A DNA stretch of 63,938 nucleotides, filler included, from Candidatus Tectimicrobiota bacterium (GTDB lineage: Bacteria > JACPSX01): assembly GCA_016193065.1 (NCBI GenBank). It is 9 parts of 9 records of this genome, joined end to end, with 100 filler letters (N's around TTAATTAATTAA, not from the genome) between each part and the next. Parts side by side here need not be neighbours in the genome. Positions count along the whole stretch, not along the records: positions 10,820 to 28,717 come from JACPSX010000160.1; positions 28,818 to 35,212 come from JACPSX010000048.1; positions 35,313 to 38,731 come from JACPSX010000049.1; 6 more parts are not named here. One strand, given 5' to 3'. Positions 26,921 to 35,659 of the stretch are shown here, piece by piece. The position numbers and the translations under genes are program-made. Within the stretch, counting starts at the first letter, position 1; each line of letters starts with the position of its first letter. The notes beneath the pieces are model-generated. The model made no database searches and was not told the origin of the DNA. It worked only from the letters and a program-made list of their open reading frames with translations.

Positions 26921-28717
26921 TCAGCGCCCCAGCAGAGCCTTGGCCCGGCGGATGACGTTGGCCGCGGTAAAGCCGTACTCTTTCATGAGGACCTCGTAAG
27001 GCGCCGAGGCGCCGAAGCGATCGACCCCCAGGATCCCTCCCTGATCCCCGGCGTAACGCTCCCACCCCAGAGGAGAAGCTGCCTCCACGACGAGGCGGGC
27101 CTTGACCGCTTGGGGGAGCACCTCCTCCCGATAGCTTTCCGGCTGCTTCTCAAAAAGCTCCCAGCAGGGTACGTTCACCAGACGGACCGTGATTCCTTCC
27201 TGACTGAGAGCCTCCCAGGCCTCCAGAGCCACAGAAACCTCCGAGCCGGTTGCAATGAGGATCAGCTCGGGCTCGGGGCTTTTCTCTTTTGCCAGCACGT
27301 AGGCTCCCCGGGAGAGCTTTTCCGCGGTACCAAACCGGGTGCGGTCGACGACCGGAAGCTTCTGCCGTGTCAAGATCAGAGCAGTAGGACCCGATTTGCG
27401 GGTCAAGGCTTCTTTCCAGGCTGCGGGGACCTCGCCGGCATCCGCCGGCCGGATGACATTCAAATTCGGAATTGCGCGCAGAGCGGCAAGATGCTCTACA
27501 GGCTGATGGGTGGGTCCGTCCTCTCCCAGGCCGATGCTGTCATGGGTAAACACATAGATGACGCGCAGTCCCATCATGGCCGCCAGGCGGATGGACGGGC
27601 GCATGTAGTCGGAAAAGATCAGGAAGGTACCCCCGTAAGGGATCAGCCCTCCGTAAAGCGCCATGCCGTTCAAGATGGCTCCCATACCGTGCTCTCGAAC
27701 CCCGAAGCGCAGGTTTCGAGCCCCAAAATTCCTCGCGCTCACGTCTCCCCCCCCTTTGATGAGGGTCTCCGTGGAGGGGGCCAGATCGGCAGACCCGCCG
27801 ATCAGCGTGGAGATAACCGGCGCCAGGGCATTGATGACCTTTCCCGAGGCCTGACGCGTCGCCATGGCACCCTGCTCCGGAGTAAAGACCGGGAGGGATT
27901 TTTCCCACCCTTCGGGGAGATTTCCGTTTTGAATCCGGGCCCATTCATCGGCCAGATCGGAGTGCTCCCGCGCATAGTTTGCAAGGCCGGATTTCCACTG
28001 CGCTTCCAGCTTCTCCCCCCGCTCGACGCAACGGCGAAACACGGCCAGGGCTTCTTCCGGTACCAGGAAGGCAGGCTCCACGGGCCAGCCCAGGTTCTGC
28101 TTGGTCAGCTTCACCTCCTCCGCTCCCAGCGGAGAGCCATGGGCGTCGGCGCTGTCCTGCTTGTTGGGACTCCCATAGGCAATATGGGTGGTGAGAAGGA
28201 TCAGAGATGGTTTGGCGGCCTCGGCACGGGCCGCTTCAACGGCCTCCTCGATAGCTTTCAGATCGTTTCCATCGGAGACCTTTTGAACGTGCCAGCCGTA
28301 GGCCTCAAAGCGCCGGGCCACGTCCTCTGTGAAGGCCAGGCGGGTGCTCCCCTCGATCGTGATCCGATTGTCATCGTAAAAATAAACGAGCTTGCCCAGG
28401 CCCAGGTGACCCGCCAGGGAAGCGGCTTCCGAGGCCACCCCCTCCATCAAGTCGCCGTCGCTGACGATCCCGTAAACGGTATGGTCGAGGATCGGATAAT
28501 CCGGCTGATTAAAGCGGCTGGCCAGAATCTCCTGGGCAAGGGCCATCCCGACCCCGTTGCCGAATCCCTGGCCCAGCGGACCCGTGGTCGTCTCGACGCC
28601 CGGGGTGTGCGCGAACTCCGGATGGCCCGGGGTCTTGCTGCCCCACTGGCGAAACTTCTTAAGCTCGTCCAGAGAGAGGTCGTAACCGGTCAAGTGAAGC
28701 ATGCTGTACAGGAGGAT
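26921..28717 (-). CDS. tkt: Transketolase (5' truncated)
   Basis: [36 protein letters not shown] and [16 protein letters not shown]. Confidence 0.97.
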   Translation of the reverse strand: MLLYSMLHLTGYDLSLDELKKFRQWGSKTPGHPEFAHTPGVETTTGPLGQGFGNGVGMALAQEILASRFNQPDYPILDHTVYGIVSDGDLMEGVASEAASLAGHLGLGKLVYFYDDNRITIEGSTRLAFTEDVARRFEAYGWHVQKVSDGNDLKAIEEAVEAARAEAAKPSLILLTTHIAYGSPNKQDSADAHGSPLGAEEVKLTKQNLGWPVEPAFLVPEEALAVFRRCVERGEKLEAQWKSGLANYAREHSDLADEWARIQNGNLPEGWEKSLPVFTPEQGAMATRQASGKVINALAPVISTLIGGSADLAPSTETLIKGGGDVSARNFGARNLRFGVREHGMGAILNGMALYGGLIPYGGTFLIFSDYMRPSIRLAAMMGLRVIYVFTHDSIGLGEDGPTHQPVEHLAALRAIPNLNVIRPADAGEVPAAWKEALTRKSGPTALILTRQKLPVVDRTRFGTAEKLSRGAYVLAKEKSPEPELILIATGSEVSVALEAWEALSQEGITVRLVNVPCWELFEKQPESYREEVLPQAVKARLVVEAASPLGWERYAGDQGGILGVDRFGASAPYEVLMKEYGFTAANVIRRAKALLGR

Positions 28718-28817
28718 NNNNNNNNNNNNNNNNNNNNNNNNNNNNNNNNNNNNNNNNNNNNTTAATTAATTAANNNNNNNNNNNNNNNNNNNNNNNNNNN
28801 NNNNNNNNNNNNNNNNN
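28718..28817. other. Artificial contig spacer
   Basis: N-TTAATTAATTAA-N. Confidence 0.98.
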
Positions 28818-29372
28818 ACGGATGTAGGCCACTCCGGCATGGCGGTCAGCGCTTTCTGTGGAGTCCACCGACGGATCAACCACCAGGTCGGAGACGTTGC
28901 GTGAGCCGCTCTCAGGAATCCGCATGTTACGGAAATAGCCGAGCACCTGGTGCGTCCAGTCCTTCACCTCGGGGTCAGTCAGGGGCTTCTTGTCTTTCTC
29001 CCACTCTTGCAGAATCCGCTTTGCCTCGTCGCGGACAGTCGGATGGAGCCAAGTGGCTTCGTTGGCCGCATGCGAGAGGGAAACAAAGCCCCGGTTCTCC
29101 GGCTTGCGGGTCAGGTCGGTTTGCACGTGCATCGTGCGTTCAGGATGTCCAGGAGGTGTCAGGAATCCACCCGCCCCGCTTGTCCGGTCAACCCGTCCTG
29201 GGTCTCCTTCGGCCCGCGACATCCCGCCACGGTTGCCATGCGTGCTCTGGTCGTGATCCCCGTGCTTCTGAAGGTCATGCGCTTTGCGGATCATCTCAGC
29301 CAGAGACCTGGAGGCGATACCGGCCAGATGTCGAAGCTCGTCAAGTGTTGTTTTGTCCATTGGTCTTGCCAA
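28818..29372 (-). CDS. Phage hypothetical protein (3' truncated) with an HGDHDQSTHGNR motif
   Basis: Long ORF running off the contig. The H-x2-HDQ-x2-HG motif recurs in phage head-associated proteins (recollection). Confidence 0.6.
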
Positions 29373-29547
29373 TGAGTTTCTTCAGGCCGTCCCTGACGAT
29401 TTTGGCTACGTCAGCACGGACCAAGAGGCGCGGCCGAAATAAGGACGGCTTCGACTCGAGCATCTTGGTAAGTTTCTCGTCCTGTTCTTTGCTGGGTCGG
29501 TAGTACATCCTGGTTATCTCCCTCCCGCTCCATCCCCGATCGTCCAA
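29341..29547 (-). CDS. Small phage protein, possibly ribbon-helix-helix-like
   Basis: YYRPSKEQDEKLTKML...VAKIVRDGLKKL; overlaps the next gene. Confidence 0.4.
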   Translation of the reverse strand: MDDRGWSGREITRMYYRPSKEQDEKLTKMLESKPSLFRPRLLVRADVAKIVRDGLKKLIGKTNGQNNT

Positions 29548-29798
29548 CTCCCAAAGGGCAGCCCCTGCCCGGACGTGTCTCCTGACATGCGGTGCTCCTG
29601 TCGTCGGTTGGGCCTGTGCAGTCCGGTGATCGTTGGGCTGACCTCCGCCTCCCTGACCACCCTCTCTGGCTCATCTGGTTTGACAGGTGGACTGTAGCGA
29701 AGGGTCTGAAGAAGATTGGTCAGGTCGCTTTTGGTCATGCCGCTTCGCTGGAGTTGTCCGAGGACATTGCGGAGTTTTTCCAGACCCTCGTGCGTCAT
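29514..29798 (-). CDS. Phage hypothetical protein
   Basis: Co-oriented ORF with an amphipathic helical N-terminus. Confidence 0.4.
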   Translation of the reverse strand: MTHEGLEKLRNVLGQLQRSGMTKSDLTNLLQTLRYSPPVKPDEPERVVREAEVSPTITGLHRPNRRQEHRMSGDTSGQGLPFGSWTIGDGAGGR

Positions 29799-30141
29799 GG
29801 GGTGCGTGACCGATGAATCTTCCAGTGTCCCTTGCGGGCTTTGGGCTGGTCTTCCACCTGCCGTACCTTATGGTGACTTTGCGCTGGAAGGCGATCAGGC
29901 ACTCATCCGAACAGAAGTGGCTGGCGCCATCCGCCGAGTCGTTGCAGTGGCCGTAGGGATAGAAGACGATGATGGCCAGGCCGGGCATCTCCCTGACGCA
30001 GTAATCGCAGACGTAGACGATGTCTGGGTTGTAGTGTTTGATCATCGTCGCCACTCCCTTCGGTCTCATGCGGTGGAGTCCCGTTTCCTTTCTAGGGTCC
30101 CCCCACCCGTTCCACCCTGCCGGTGGTGGGCCCCCAAACAC
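29671..30141 (-). CDS. Phage Cys-rich zinc-finger protein (TRASH/YHS-like); the true start is probably MIKHYNP
   Basis: CDYC ... HFCSDEC motif. Confidence 0.45.
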   Translation of the reverse strand: MFGGPPPAGWNGWGDPRKETGLHRMRPKGVATMIKHYNPDIVYVCDYCVREMPGLAIIVFYPYGHCNDSADGASHFCSDECLIAFQRKVTIRYGRWKTSPKPARDTGRFIGHAPHDARGSGKTPQCPRTTPAKRHDQKRPDQSSSDPSLQSTCQTR

Positions 30142-30332
30142 CTTTTCGGATTTTTCTGGACGGCACCCCGCCTGCCTCGTTCTCCTGCTTGTTTCCTTAG
30201 CGGGGGCTTAGCAGGGGAGATTGTTCTTATGCGGAAGGTTCCTGTAACCGCTTGCTGCTCAATAGGTATTGGCGAGCCAGGGTGCCGATGACTGCCTGAC
30301 TGCTTATCATGTGGCAGCTCGGAAAACCGTTT

Positions 30333-30418
30333 TGTGCGGTCATGTGCGGTCAACCCGCGCCCGTCGTCGTTTCCCATGTGCGGTTCCGTGTGCGGTCTTG
30401 TGCGGTCATGTGCGGTCA
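30333..30418. repeat. Cluster of six TGTGCGGT(C) direct repeats
   Basis: Copies start at 30333, 30343, 30377, 30389, 30399 and 30409. Confidence 0.85.
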
Positions 30419-30454
30419 GGCGTGGATGAGACGTGTCGCGCCCAGTTTTTGTGC

Positions 30455-30685
30455 TTAGCCGCGCTCGATTTTCTCAAGGTGCGGTACGTCAAGCACCCAC
30501 CAGTGGTCTGGCTTCGCTGTTTCCCACGCAAACAGGCTGTCTGTCTGTATCAAATCCACGCAGACCCGTTTATATGGATTCCCAAGACAAGCTCCGTTAA
30601 TCAACGCGCCAGGCCAATGACACACGTGGCAGCGACTCCAGATGCACCCACTGAATCGTTCAATGCGGGGGTTGAATTCCATCAT
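30455..30685 (-). CDS. Phage hypothetical protein
   Basis: 76 aa with CHVC; co-oriented in a compact gene run. Confidence 0.4.
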   Translation of the reverse strand: MMEFNPRIERFSGCIWSRCHVCHWPGALINGACLGNPYKRVCVDLIQTDSLFAWETAKPDHWWVLDVPHLEKIERG

Positions 30686-30832
30686 CGCCTTGCCACTCGG
30701 TCAGAACGCCTTATTTCTTGTACTTCCGGTACACCACAACGGCGACTGTCACTACCACTGCAATCAGTACGAGTGTCCACATCGATGTTTCTCCTCTTTG
30801 GTTGTGTCCTGCGTTTTACGCTGCCCACGTAG

Positions 30833-31015
30833 TCAGTTCCTGAGATCACGGAAGATGTCCTCAATCCGATGCTGGCCCACCCTGAACGGGTTTTGCTGCC
30901 TGGTCATCCTCGTGAGCTGCCATACCCACCACAGCCCTATCACGCTCGTCCCGCAGACGAACCCACCCAGGAACAGGGTCAGGCCCAATAAGGTCAATGC
31001 CTGCCCGTCCATCAC
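30833..31015 (-). CDS. Small phage membrane protein
   Basis: MDGQALTLLGLTLFLGGFVCGTSVIGLWWVW hydrophobic segment; start overlaps the upstream stop. Confidence 0.5.
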   Translation of the reverse strand: MMDGQALTLLGLTLFLGGFVCGTSVIGLWWVWQLTRMTRQQNPFRVGQHRIEDIFRDLRN

Positions 31016-31230
31016 TTTGCCTCTTTCCAGCCGCTGTCCTGCAGGGTCTGGTAGGTAATCTTCATCACGGTCTTTCGTTCTCTGGTGGCGGGACAATGAC
31101 GGCACCGTTCGGTTTCAGTTTCTACCACGGTCCCATCCGGCTCGTTGTAGCCGGCCGTCCCGTTCCGCTCCCAGCAGTGCTCGTTGCCGCCCAAGACACA
31201 CAGGGTCATCGCCTTGTTCTCCTGATTCAC
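31012..31230 (-). CDS. Phage hypothetical protein (Cys/His zinc-binding-like)
   Basis: C-x6-HCW...CRHC; overlaps the terminase stop. Confidence 0.45.
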   Translation of the reverse strand: MNQENKAMTLCVLGGNEHCWERNGTAGYNEPDGTVVETETERCRHCPATRERKTVMKITYQTLQDSGWKEAK

Positions 31231-33056
31231 CAGGGAAATCGCTTGTACCAGCTCGGGGGTTTTTCGCCGTGGCGGACCAATTCTTCACTCTCGAAGCGGT
31301 ACATATCCCGCATCTTCCGCATGAGGTCTGGTCGGTCTTTGAGGGGATCTCCATCACCTGCTGACCAGAACTGGAAGTTGTTCTTGCCCTTGTCGATGCA
31401 GGTCTTGATGCAGCCGGCCACCGCATCCGCCACATCCTTACTGGCCCTGATGACCCCGCCTTCCGCCGAGGCGTAGCGGCTACCATAGTCAGGATGGTCA
31501 ACCTTTCCCCGATTGGTCACAATGAGTTCTTCAAGTTCGCGGATGAGAGTCGGGTGGTAGTAGGCTTCAAGGATGCCGCGGTAGAGCAGGGATTTCAGCG
31601 TGTCGTAGGCGGAGTTGTTGCGGTCGACACTCAACTCTTCCGCGTGGGCGCCGTCTTTGCGCAGGAGCTGGATGGAGTCGGTGGACTGCCAGCCGTCAAA
31701 CGTCACCTGCTGGATGGAAAACTTCAGCTCGTGTTTGATCCGCTTGATGAACTCGCGGATTTCATCGAAGATGATCTCCCCGCCCGGGGCGGCTTTGATC
31801 TGCAACACCAGGTCCAGCACCACCCCCAACTCTTTCCGTCCCACAGCGGCGCTGAGATCGTAGTTCTCGTAGCGCTTCACCGCCTCAATCAGGCTTGGGG
31901 GAAGGGTGACTGGCATATCCCGCTTGAAATGTCCCATGGCCAGCCCACAGGCATCCCCCTTGCCGTCCTTGTCCTTGGCCAGGTCGACGTGGATGAAGTA
32001 CGCCGTATTGGACTCGGGCTTGAACCAATCCTTGAACTGCACCCCACGCAGATTGATGATGCGCCAGAGGTCGCTGACGACAGGGTTCTGCCGGCTCGCT
32101 GCGTTGATCACCTCAGCAATCCGATTCTTGAACTTGATGTAACCGCCTTCCGAGGTGCTGCCCAGACATTCATACACCCGCTGCGCCCCTTCGGGATCGC
32201 GGGCGTACTCGTCCACCAAGTCTTCCTTTTTCCTGAGCTCGTTCACCTCCCACGTGGCAGCCCGAGTTCGATAGGTCTTGGATTCATAGGCCGCCTCGTC
32301 GTAGCGGATCATCATGTAGTCCGTGTCATTCCGTTTGTAGGAGAGCAAGAGCAGCTTCATATGCTGCGGAAAGCGGGAAGCACACGTGCTGCGTAGCGCA
32401 GCGTACAGTTCCCGTGCCTTGGCCGGGTCAAAGCCCGCGATCTCATCGAAGATGACAAAGAACAAGTTGAGGCCTTCGCCGGTGTACTCCTCACTATCCA
32501 GCGAATAGGCGGTGATATGCTTGGGGAACTTAATCTCCCGCGTGAGGATGTCCTTCTTGAGGTTCAGCCCCTTTTCCTCAAACCAGTTCTTGCCCGTCTG
32601 GGGATTGGTAGTGCTTTTCACCATCTGCCTGAAGTATTTGAAGAACACCGCCTTGGCCAGGTGCGCATTGATGCACACATTCGCCACTTCAATCTTGTCC
32701 GCCAGCCGTGAGCGGTATTCGGGCGCAACTTCCCGTTTGAAGTACGCGGCCGGGTCTTTCATACACAGGAGCTTGTAGCAGACGTAGGTGAGAATCTTCG
32801 CCGCGGTCCGGTCCTTGCCGCTGCCCTTGCCCCAGAGAGCGATCCCCTCGGTGTAGCGGGTGTCCCACTCCCGGGGATCGGTGCCCAGCATGGCGTCCAC
32901 GAACGCCTGCTGGATGGGAAAGAACGGCTCCTTCATAAACGTCGAGAAGAACGTCCGTGTGTCCACAGGCTCTTCTTCCCAGACACCGTCTGATTGGACG
33001 GTTGATGGCTGGTCCAACTGGAGAGCTTCCTCTTCACGTTTGCGTTGTTTAGCCAT
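31227..33056 (-). CDS. terL: Phage terminase large subunit
   Basis: Walker A GKGSGKD, Walker B VIFDE, and RNase H-like HVDLAK, VTFDGWQS, KVDHP, SKDVADAVAG. Confidence 0.9.
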   Translation of the reverse strand: MAKQRKREEEALQLDQPSTVQSDGVWEEEPVDTRTFFSTFMKEPFFPIQQAFVDAMLGTDPREWDTRYTEGIALWGKGSGKDRTAAKILTYVCYKLLCMKDPAAYFKREVAPEYRSRLADKIEVANVCINAHLAKAVFFKYFRQMVKSTTNPQTGKNWFEEKGLNLKKDILTREIKFPKHITAYSLDSEEYTGEGLNLFFVIFDEIAGFDPAKARELYAALRSTCASRFPQHMKLLLLSYKRNDTDYMMIRYDEAAYESKTYRTRAATWEVNELRKKEDLVDEYARDPEGAQRVYECLGSTSEGGYIKFKNRIAEVINAASRQNPVVSDLWRIINLRGVQFKDWFKPESNTAYFIHVDLAKDKDGKGDACGLAMGHFKRDMPVTLPPSLIEAVKRYENYDLSAAVGRKELGVVLDLVLQIKAAPGGEIIFDEIREFIKRIKHELKFSIQQVTFDGWQSTDSIQLLRKDGAHAEELSVDRNNSAYDTLKSLLYRGILEAYYHPTLIRELEELIVTNRGKVDHPDYGSRYASAEGGVIRASKDVADAVAGCIKTCIDKGKNNFQFWSAGDGDPLKDRPDLMRKMRDMYRFESEELVRHGEKPPSWYKRFPW

Positions 33057-33423
33057 GTATTTTCCGTCGGGTCGCCCACGCAGTTTCCAGATCGTCGATC
33101 CACCGGCCAATCGCCACCAGAAGAGCTTTCCTCACCCTCAACTCAGGAACATGCTTGCTCACCAGCTCTTTCAGGGTGTTCCAGACAACCACTGTGGATA
33201 CTGTGCACGACCGCCCCTTCTGCGCCTGCCTGCCAGCCACACCCAGTTTTCCACCCGTGAAATCCTGATGAGGTCCACAGAGCGTCCCGTCTGTCTTCAC
33301 CTGGCAATAGGCCCAATGCGCCCTCTCTCCTGTCTCTTCGTTCGCTCTGACCCGCTCGCGGAAATTGCAGGTTACGTCAGGGGGTTTCGGTGGAAGATTA
33401 CATGGGGGGATTTTAAATCTCAT
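33049..33423 (-). CDS. Phage hypothetical protein
   Basis: Overlapping start/stop with both neighbours. Confidence 0.5.
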   Translation of the reverse strand: MRFKIPPCNLPPKPPDVTCNFRERVRANEETGERAHWAYCQVKTDGTLCGPHQDFTGGKLGVAGRQAQKGRSCTVSTVVVWNTLKELVSKHVPELRVRKALLVAIGRWIDDLETAWATRRKIHG

Positions 33424-33689
33424 AACGTGATCCCGTTCTGGAGGGCAATGGCCCTGATGAGTTCGATGGTGTTTTTCAGTCCGAGCCGGAACACAAGGTT
33501 GATGAACGCCTGGTCACTGAGCTCTTTGGCAAAAATTCTGGACACCTGGTAATGGACAGCCTCCTGTCCTTCCAGGAGCGCCTCAAGCTGGATTCTGACC
33601 AGTTCGTGGCGGATGCCGGTTTCAGCGCCTACGCGGTGGCGCAGGCTGGTCAGGTCGGCTTCAATGCGGGTCTTGGTCTGGGTGTCCAT
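33420..33689 (-). CDS. Phage hypothetical helical protein
   Basis: RBS GGAGG; coupled to the next ORF. Confidence 0.55.
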   Translation of the reverse strand: MDTQTKTRIEADLTSLRHRVGAETGIRHELVRIQLEALLEGQEAVHYQVSRIFAKELSDQAFINLVFRLGLKNTIELIRAIALQNGITL

Positions 33690-33741
33690 GCGGCTGCTAC
33701 TATCCCTCCACCCTTCGCCTTTTCAGACCGCCCTTTTTAAC

Positions 33742-34227
33742 CTATTTCGCCGACGGCCTGGCCTTCGGCTGCACACTCGCTTTGACCAGCCTCGACAACT
33801 CTTTGCGGATGAGCACCTTGAGCTGCTTTCTGGCCCGGTCAGGGTATTTGGCCGCCATGCGCTGGGAGGACAGCCCCAGGTCCCCGGCAATCTCCGGCTG
33901 GCTCCTGGCTTCCTTGCCGATGCCGTAGTATTTCTTGATGGCCAACTGCTGCATCAGGCTGAGCTTGGGCAGGCAGTTGTGCAGCGCCTGGGTGAACAGC
34001 TGCATCCTAGGACTGGGCTTCATGCGCTGGTAGTCCGCAGGCAGCCGTTCGGCCAGAAATTCCAGTTTGCGGGGGCTGACCAGAATCTCAGAGTGGGAGC
34101 GGCTACCCGACTCATCCATCTGGGAGCGCAGGTATTTCTCCCACGCCTCCTGAAGCTGCTCGGGCGGCAGGTCATCTGGTGGACGCTGCACCTCGTCTTG
34201 TTCTCGTTTCTGATTGTCGCGTTCCAT
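33742..34227 (-). CDS. Sigma-70 region 4-like HTH protein (phage transcription factor)
   Basis: L-KLSLMQQLAIKKYYG...SQPEIAGDLGLS...RARKQLK. Confidence 0.65.
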   Translation of the reverse strand: MERDNQKREQDEVQRPPDDLPPEQLQEAWEKYLRSQMDESGSRSHSEILVSPRKLEFLAERLPADYQRMKPSPRMQLFTQALHNCLPKLSLMQQLAIKKYYGIGKEARSQPEIAGDLGLSSQRMAAKYPDRARKQLKVLIRKELSRLVKASVQPKARPSAK

Positions 34228-34450
34228 CGTGGATCGTCCGTGTTGCTGACCACGACAAAAAGGCCGAGAGCATGACCCTTTCGGGCCACACTCTCGGTCA
34301 TTCACCGCCAAGTGCGGGCCTTACCTGTTCCTAGCTTGTCACCTCAAGTATACCGTCGACACCTCATGATGATAAGGGCTGATTCAGGTTGTACAACAAA
34401 CGCTCTGGTTGGCTTGAGAGCTGTCCCTCAAGAGCGTTGTTCAGGGGGTT

Positions 34451-34810
34451 TTATGTCGGGGAGGACGATCCCAGTAGGGGCTGCGGCATTTTGGACACCG
34501 AAGCGGACGGCCAGGCTTGCGGGGAAACCATCGGGCTCCGCATCGGAGACACCGCATTTCCTCGATCGTGGGCTTCGCCATTCTGCACTATGGATACCAT
34601 ATCTGGTATCCAGTTGTCAAGCCGAGCATGGCAGAAGCACCCACAGTAGCGGCGGACTCTCTGACGCGGATCTTCGCGGGTGATCTCCAGCCAGGGACAC
34701 CGCTCACACCGCAGCAGATAACGAACCTCCCCATTGGCCCGCTGAAACCGCTTGAGGCTCAGCTTATGCCTGAACCAGCACCGCCAGTTGGCTTCCCTCG
34801 TCTCGGTCAT
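34451..34810 (-). CDS. Phage Cys-rich hypothetical protein
   Basis: MTETREANWRCWFRH...CERC with RBS GAGGTGG. Confidence 0.45.
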   Translation of the reverse strand: MTETREANWRCWFRHKLSLKRFQRANGEVRYLLRCERCPWLEITREDPRQRVRRYCGCFCHARLDNWIPDMVSIVQNGEAHDRGNAVSPMRSPMVSPQAWPSASVSKMPQPLLGSSSPT

Positions 34811-34863
34811 CCTGGTATCCACCTCTACATATATGGATACCATACATGGATACCATTTGTCAA
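34591..34863 (-). promoter_or_regulatory. Two TTGACA elements, each followed by paired TGGATACCA/TGGTATCCA boxes
   Basis: Boxes at 34591, 34604, 34813, 34834 and 34847. Minus-strand TTGACA at 34615-34620 and 34858-34863 with identical spacing to the boxes. Confidence 0.6.
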
Positions 34864-35109
34864 GGGGCCCTGGCATGAAAAACAACAACCGAGAGCACAG
34901 CCCATCCCTGAGCTGCACTCTCGGTTCGTATACCGCGGAGTGCCTACTTGGCCACTAACTTCTCAGAGCCGTGAGCGATTTTCCCGACTCATGCGTTTGT
35001 GGCGTCGTTCACGTCCCGCTGTCGGGCGGCGTGTTCCTTGCTCTACGCGACGCTTTCCTTAGCGCCACCTTAGCTGGGAAACCCGACAGCGCGGAGCGCT
35101 TGTTGTAAG

Positions 35110-35212
35110 TGGTGGAGGCGCCGGGAGTTGCACCCGGGTCTTCGGACCGAGCGCCGTGAGCCCTCTACATGCTTAGCTTCACATCAAACCATCCACCATA
35201 GCCCGTCTGTGA
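35110..35212 (-). ncRNA. ssrA: tmRNA 3' portion (5' part cut by contig end)
   Basis: Minus strand ...TAAGCATGTAGA...GACCCGGGTGCAACTCCCGGCGCCTCCACCA: tmRNA-type motif, T-arm, and Ala-type acceptor strand with encoded CCA. Confidence 0.85.
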
Positions 35213-35312
35213 NNNNNNNNNNNNNNNNNNNNNNNNNNNNNNNNNNNNNNNNNNNNTTAATTAATTAANNNNNNNNNNNNNNNNNNNNNNNNNNNNNNNN
35301 NNNNNNNNNNNN
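35213..35312. other. Artificial contig spacer
   Basis: N-TTAATTAATTAA-N. Confidence 0.98.
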
Positions 35313-35555
35313 TTCCGCAAGAATTTGACAGACAGCGAAAGCGCTCTTTGGTCACGTTGGCGAAATAAACCGCTTCTAGGCGTCCAGTTTTATCGGCAGA
35401 AACCAATCGGTGAATACCTTGTGGATTTCTATGCGCCAGGGGCAATATTGGTGGTTGAAGTGGATGGGTCTCAGCATGTACGAAGCGATACGGGTAACAA
35501 AGACACGTGTCGTGATGAGTATTTAGCGCAGAAATCCCCCCTCACCCCCCTTTAA
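35313..35555 (+). pseudogene. DUF559/Vsr-like endonuclease fragment truncated by a REP-like element
   Basis: RKNLTDSE-LW, FYRQKPIG-Y-VDF, VEVDGSQH and RDEYL. The usual VLRF end is replaced by repeat sequence. Confidence 0.75.
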
Positions 35556-35567
35556 AAAAGGGGGGAA
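35532..35567. repeat. REP-like palindrome AAATCCCCCC...CCCCCCTTTAAAAAAGGGGGG
   Basis: Hairpin; a related copy lies at 62323-62368. Confidence 0.7.
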
Positions 35568-35659
35568 TAATAGGGAAGAAACTCTAAGTTAGCGCTTATG
35601 CCCCTCCCCCCGGGTGCCCTCTGGGCGTGCGGGAGAATATGGGTGGGGGGGACCTGTTC

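Larger units (their letters stand above)
28818..35212 (-). mobile_element. Phage or prophage fragment (terminase region)
   Basis: Large terminase, many short co-oriented hypothetical ORFs, sigma-like HTH, tmRNA 3' end, and no host housekeeping genes. Confidence 0.85.

Noticed and set aside
27110-28717. Long antisense ORFs (551 aa opposite tkt; also opposite hsdR, the ThDP enzyme and the Ig lipoprotein)
   Set aside because: Shadow ORFs expected in GC-rich coding DNA, with no recognisable motifs.
30333-30418. CRISPR array
   Set aside because: Repeats are 8-10 bp with no unique ~30-bp spacers, and there are no cas genes.
35110-35185. tRNA gene
   Set aside because: Only the T-arm and acceptor 3' strand are present; the upstream TAAGCATGTAGA fits tmRNA and there is no cloverleaf.
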